From NCBI GenBank assembly GCA_905178155.1, contig CAJINV010000018.1, forward strand, positions 1,158,609 through 1,222,608: a stretch of DNA of 64,000 nt, in the 5' to 3' direction. Positions 60,888-64,000 of the stretch are shown one piece after another (the first letter of the stretch is position 1; each line of letters opens with the position of its first letter). The notes beneath the pieces are model-generated. The model was given only the letters and a program-made list of their open reading frames with translations. It was not told the origin of the DNA and did not search any database. The stretch is from Amoebophrya sp. A120 (Eukaryota; Protista; Dinoflagellata). The position numbers were made by a program, and so were the translations under genes.

Positions 60888-61451
60888 CGACGGGCGCGCC
60901 GAACTCCTGTGCGAACTGTATCCACAGTAAATTTCCTGTACATGTACAAACGCAGTCTCTGCATGACAAAACTTGCCTTCAATCCTAGTGTAGCATGACA
61001 AGTTGGACACTGCAAGTTAGCGAAATTTGTCATGCATTTTATACATGTACAGGAAATTTACATTGCATAAACTGACGCTTCATGTCACCGATGGTGAAAT
61101 TCTCGGGCACCTCGAAGAAGAAGTCGAGTATCCTATGCAAAAATCTTCTCACATCGCACTCAAAGAGCTTTGTGATTTTTTATATGCATGACAAATCTTG
61201 ACGCTTTTTTTTCTTTCCTGTTCCTAGTCCACTACATTTTTCCCGTAGCTGCATGACAAGGGTGTAAGTAAGTAAGGAACAACGGGCTCCTGTGCGCGGT
61301 CAGGCACTTTTTATTTTCCTTTTTGCAACCAAAAAACAGCAATGCACTGGCGCCGCGGAAGATGCGATGTTTTTTCTTGCGTATCAACGAACTCCGAGCG
61401 CTGGTTCAACATAGTGCCCACGCACATCACAGTCGCATGTTGAGCTGCCAT
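60888..61451 (-). CDS. 5' part of a small unknown gene (possibly ubiquitin-like fold), 3' end not resolved
   Basis: Removing elements 61129-61383 and 60919-61069 gives MAAQHATVMCVGTMLNQRSEF(V/L)DFFFEVPENFTIGDMKRQFAQEFGAPV. Confidence 0.5.
60919..61069. mobile_element. Introner family H (TIR TAT.CA..GTAAATTTCCTGTACATGTA)
   Basis: TIRs; repeat AACTG; internal GCATGACAA motifs. Confidence 0.85.
61129..61383. mobile_element. Degenerate introner (family B-like left end)
   Basis: TATCCTATGCAAAAATC..CACATCGCA / TGCGATGT..TTGCGTA; repeat TCGAG/TCAAC; in-frame join. Confidence 0.5.
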
Positions 61452-62604
61452 CTTGTATAGTGTACCTTGCTCAACCTTTCGGTGAAGTGAACAAAGTGTG
61501 TAGAGTAGTGGTTTTAGCGTTATTTTTTCACACCTCAAGAGGAAGTGGAAGAAACGCGAAGAAGAAAGTTTTCGGCTGTACTGGCAAAAGCCAAACGTAA
61601 CTACCTGCCTGTAATGTTTTTTTGGTTGGATTGGAAGAAATTCATGCGTTTACATATCCTTCTACCTCCCTCGAAGAGAAGAAATAAAGCAGGAACAGCA
61701 AATCATCATCATACATAATGCAAAGGAGAGAAAATCAGGATCGGAGTCGAAAGCTGTGATCTGAAGAAGATCCAAACCAAGACGGGGACCGTAACGAAAG
61801 CGAAAACACGATGATCGGTCAGCGGAGCAAACAGAATGAGAAAAAACAAAAGACCTGTCATGGATCGAAGCTAATGGCTTGTGCTCAACCTCGACGTCTG
61901 TCACGCCGTCGTGTGCTTTGACAAAGGGAAAAAAAAAGTACGCGCGACACCGACCGAGATAAGATAGTAGTTTTCCTGATCCCGAAGTCACCATCTGCCG
62001 CCGATGGGCAGCTGTTGTAGAACTAATAGGGCATGTCGTGATGAAGGAACTTGCTACAGGGGTAGCTGGAAAGATGATAGATCAGGAATTGGCGAAAGAA
62101 GAACACATTTTTGGCTGACACTTAGGGGCCAGCCTTTTCCTGGTCTGTTTTCGAAGTCTTGACATCTATTTACGCTGTCGTTCTTTTGCGAAAGGATAAG
62201 GCGTTGTAGTTGAAATCGAGCAAGAAAACAGTCCAAAGAACAAAAAGGAGAAAAAGATATCATTAGATATTGTATGTTTGGTTTTATTCAATTTGGCACT
62301 TACGTAGACTCAGTTTCCTTTTTAAGGTTTGGACTCTTGCTACGACATGCGCTTCATGATCACGAGAGAGAATTCAAATTCGCAACACGGAGGACGCTTT
62401 AGGGCCTTGAACCCGTGACGCCATGCTCGGGTATGGAAAGAAAAAGCGTCGCGACGGGAGCGCGCAATCGGCAAAGAGGAGCTACCCGAAAGCTGGCGTC
62501 GTATGAGTCGTCTTCTACGTTTATCACTTTCTAGGCACACTCTACTACACAAATCAGCGATAAAGTGCTCAGATTCTGTACGTTTGGACCAGCATCTGGA
62601 CCAG

Positions 62605-62710
62605 CATCATTTTTCTCCAGTTGCACAAGTGTCCTCACGTCATCCTCAACATAGGAGACGGAGAAAGAACTGCCACTGTGTCTCTGGGCAAACCACGGAA
62701 GCGAACGGTT
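62605..62710 (+). repeat. Dispersed ~105-bp repeat, copy 2, ending in telomere-like TTTAGGGTTTCGGG
   Basis: Homologous to 58882-58987. Confidence 0.8.
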
Positions 62711-64000
62711 TAGGGTTTCGGGTTCGAAACTTCGCTTCGCGAAAAAGTAAAAAATTCAGCCTCACTGCCACAATGATGAAAAGAAAAAAACACAACCAAT
62801 TCAAGCGGGGCAAAGTGGGCCAAGACGCCCCGACGAGGGCGGGAAGATATTAACCGAGAATCACTACTGGTCTTCATACTATTAGACAGCGGGTGGGGTA
62901 GTACCCGCATGTTTTTCTATGTCACCGCTTTATGTTACAGAAACAAATTCAAAAGCGGCTCTACCGATAGATTTACCACAGAGAGAATAAAGTAATCTGC
63001 ACGAGGACTGTTGCGATACACTCGGCGACTAGAGTTGACGCTTACAATCAGTCGACGCCCCCTGCATAGCTTCCGCACAACATCTTCTTGCGTTACTACT
63101 ATTGAGGCCGACTCCGTACCACCGAAACTGCTCCCCCGAGCAGTAGGCTGATACTTTAGTCGGCCAGTAAACCACGCTAGCCAGCAACCCAATTTGATCT
63201 ACGTTCACTTTCGACGATCACCCAAATCTTCAGAAAAACAAGCTTAAGTCATGGCCATACAGCAAAATAAATAGCCCTTTGCGTTAGCTATGCCACTACT
63301 TATACCCCAGTCCTTCGACGAGCCACGAGTTTACTGCCTTAATCTACTTTCGACAGAGCCTACTGGGTTGTTGCCAATCTTAAAGAGTCGAACTTTTTTG
63401 AAAACGCTGTCAGAAAACTGTCTGCTGTAAAGATCCAGGAAAACCGGGGGCGTAGCTTTTCGAAATGCCCCAACTTTTCTTGGGGATTACGGTGTAAGCA
63501 CCCTGGAGAAGTTCCAGAAACATGGCTGTGGGCAAACCAGAGGAAGAGGAGGGCAAAACTGTATATCCAGTGGCGGAATAAGCACTAAACTACAACTCCG
63601 GTAGTTTCAGTATCGTCATAAGCGCTGGTAAAAAGTTAGATCAATCTACAGGCACCCTAGTATGTCTCCTCAGAGTTGTGGGAGACTCAGATATCAAGTG
63701 TAACCAGGCGCGCTAAAAGTTTGGAAAGGAAAAAAAGGGTGAAAGTGCTGGCGTTTAAGCATCACACGGCAGCAAAAGCGACCGCTTTCAATCGTAACCA
63801 GGCGGACCCCACCATGTATGGTGAGGAAAGAAATAGCGAATGCCGGCGCTTGAGACTAGTACAGCTCAAAAACGACAGTTTGCAGTCGTAACCAGATGTG
63901 CTAGATGGTCTTTGTCAAGCAAAAGGACGATACACCAATGTTTTGTAAAGAAAAGCACAGCCAAAAGCAAAGCGGAGAGCAAGGTCGTGCGGAGGTTTGT

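Noticed and set aside
1-64000. Autonomous transposase or reverse transcriptase for the elements
   Set aside because: I could not recognise any DDE, RT or recombinase ORF in this window.

Overview
Eukaryotic (alveolate) genomic DNA. It most likely comes from the parasitic dinoflagellate Amoebophrya (Syndiniales); this is an inference from gene content and intron architecture. About 13 genes are visible, all on the minus strand: a dual FKBP-TPR-cyclophilin immunophilin, USP39/Sad1, DRC7/CCDC135, a dual-specificity phosphatase, an intronless 3'-5' exonuclease-KH gene, coatomer alpha, an Spc24-like protein and several unknown proteins. The dominant feature is about 60 short (150-325 bp) elements inserted in coding exons. 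They have TAT...ATA terminal inverted repeats and 5-bp target duplications, fall into at least 8 TIR families, and share an internal GCAT(G/C/T)ACA motif. Where I checked, removing an element plus one duplication restores conserved reading frames, often with no possible GT-AG boundary, so they behave as non-canonical introner elements. The window also holds a 9-bp-TSD MITE in the phosphatase 3' end, an insertion nested inside an introner, and a hairpin satellite. Coordinates were read by eye and may be off by a base or two.
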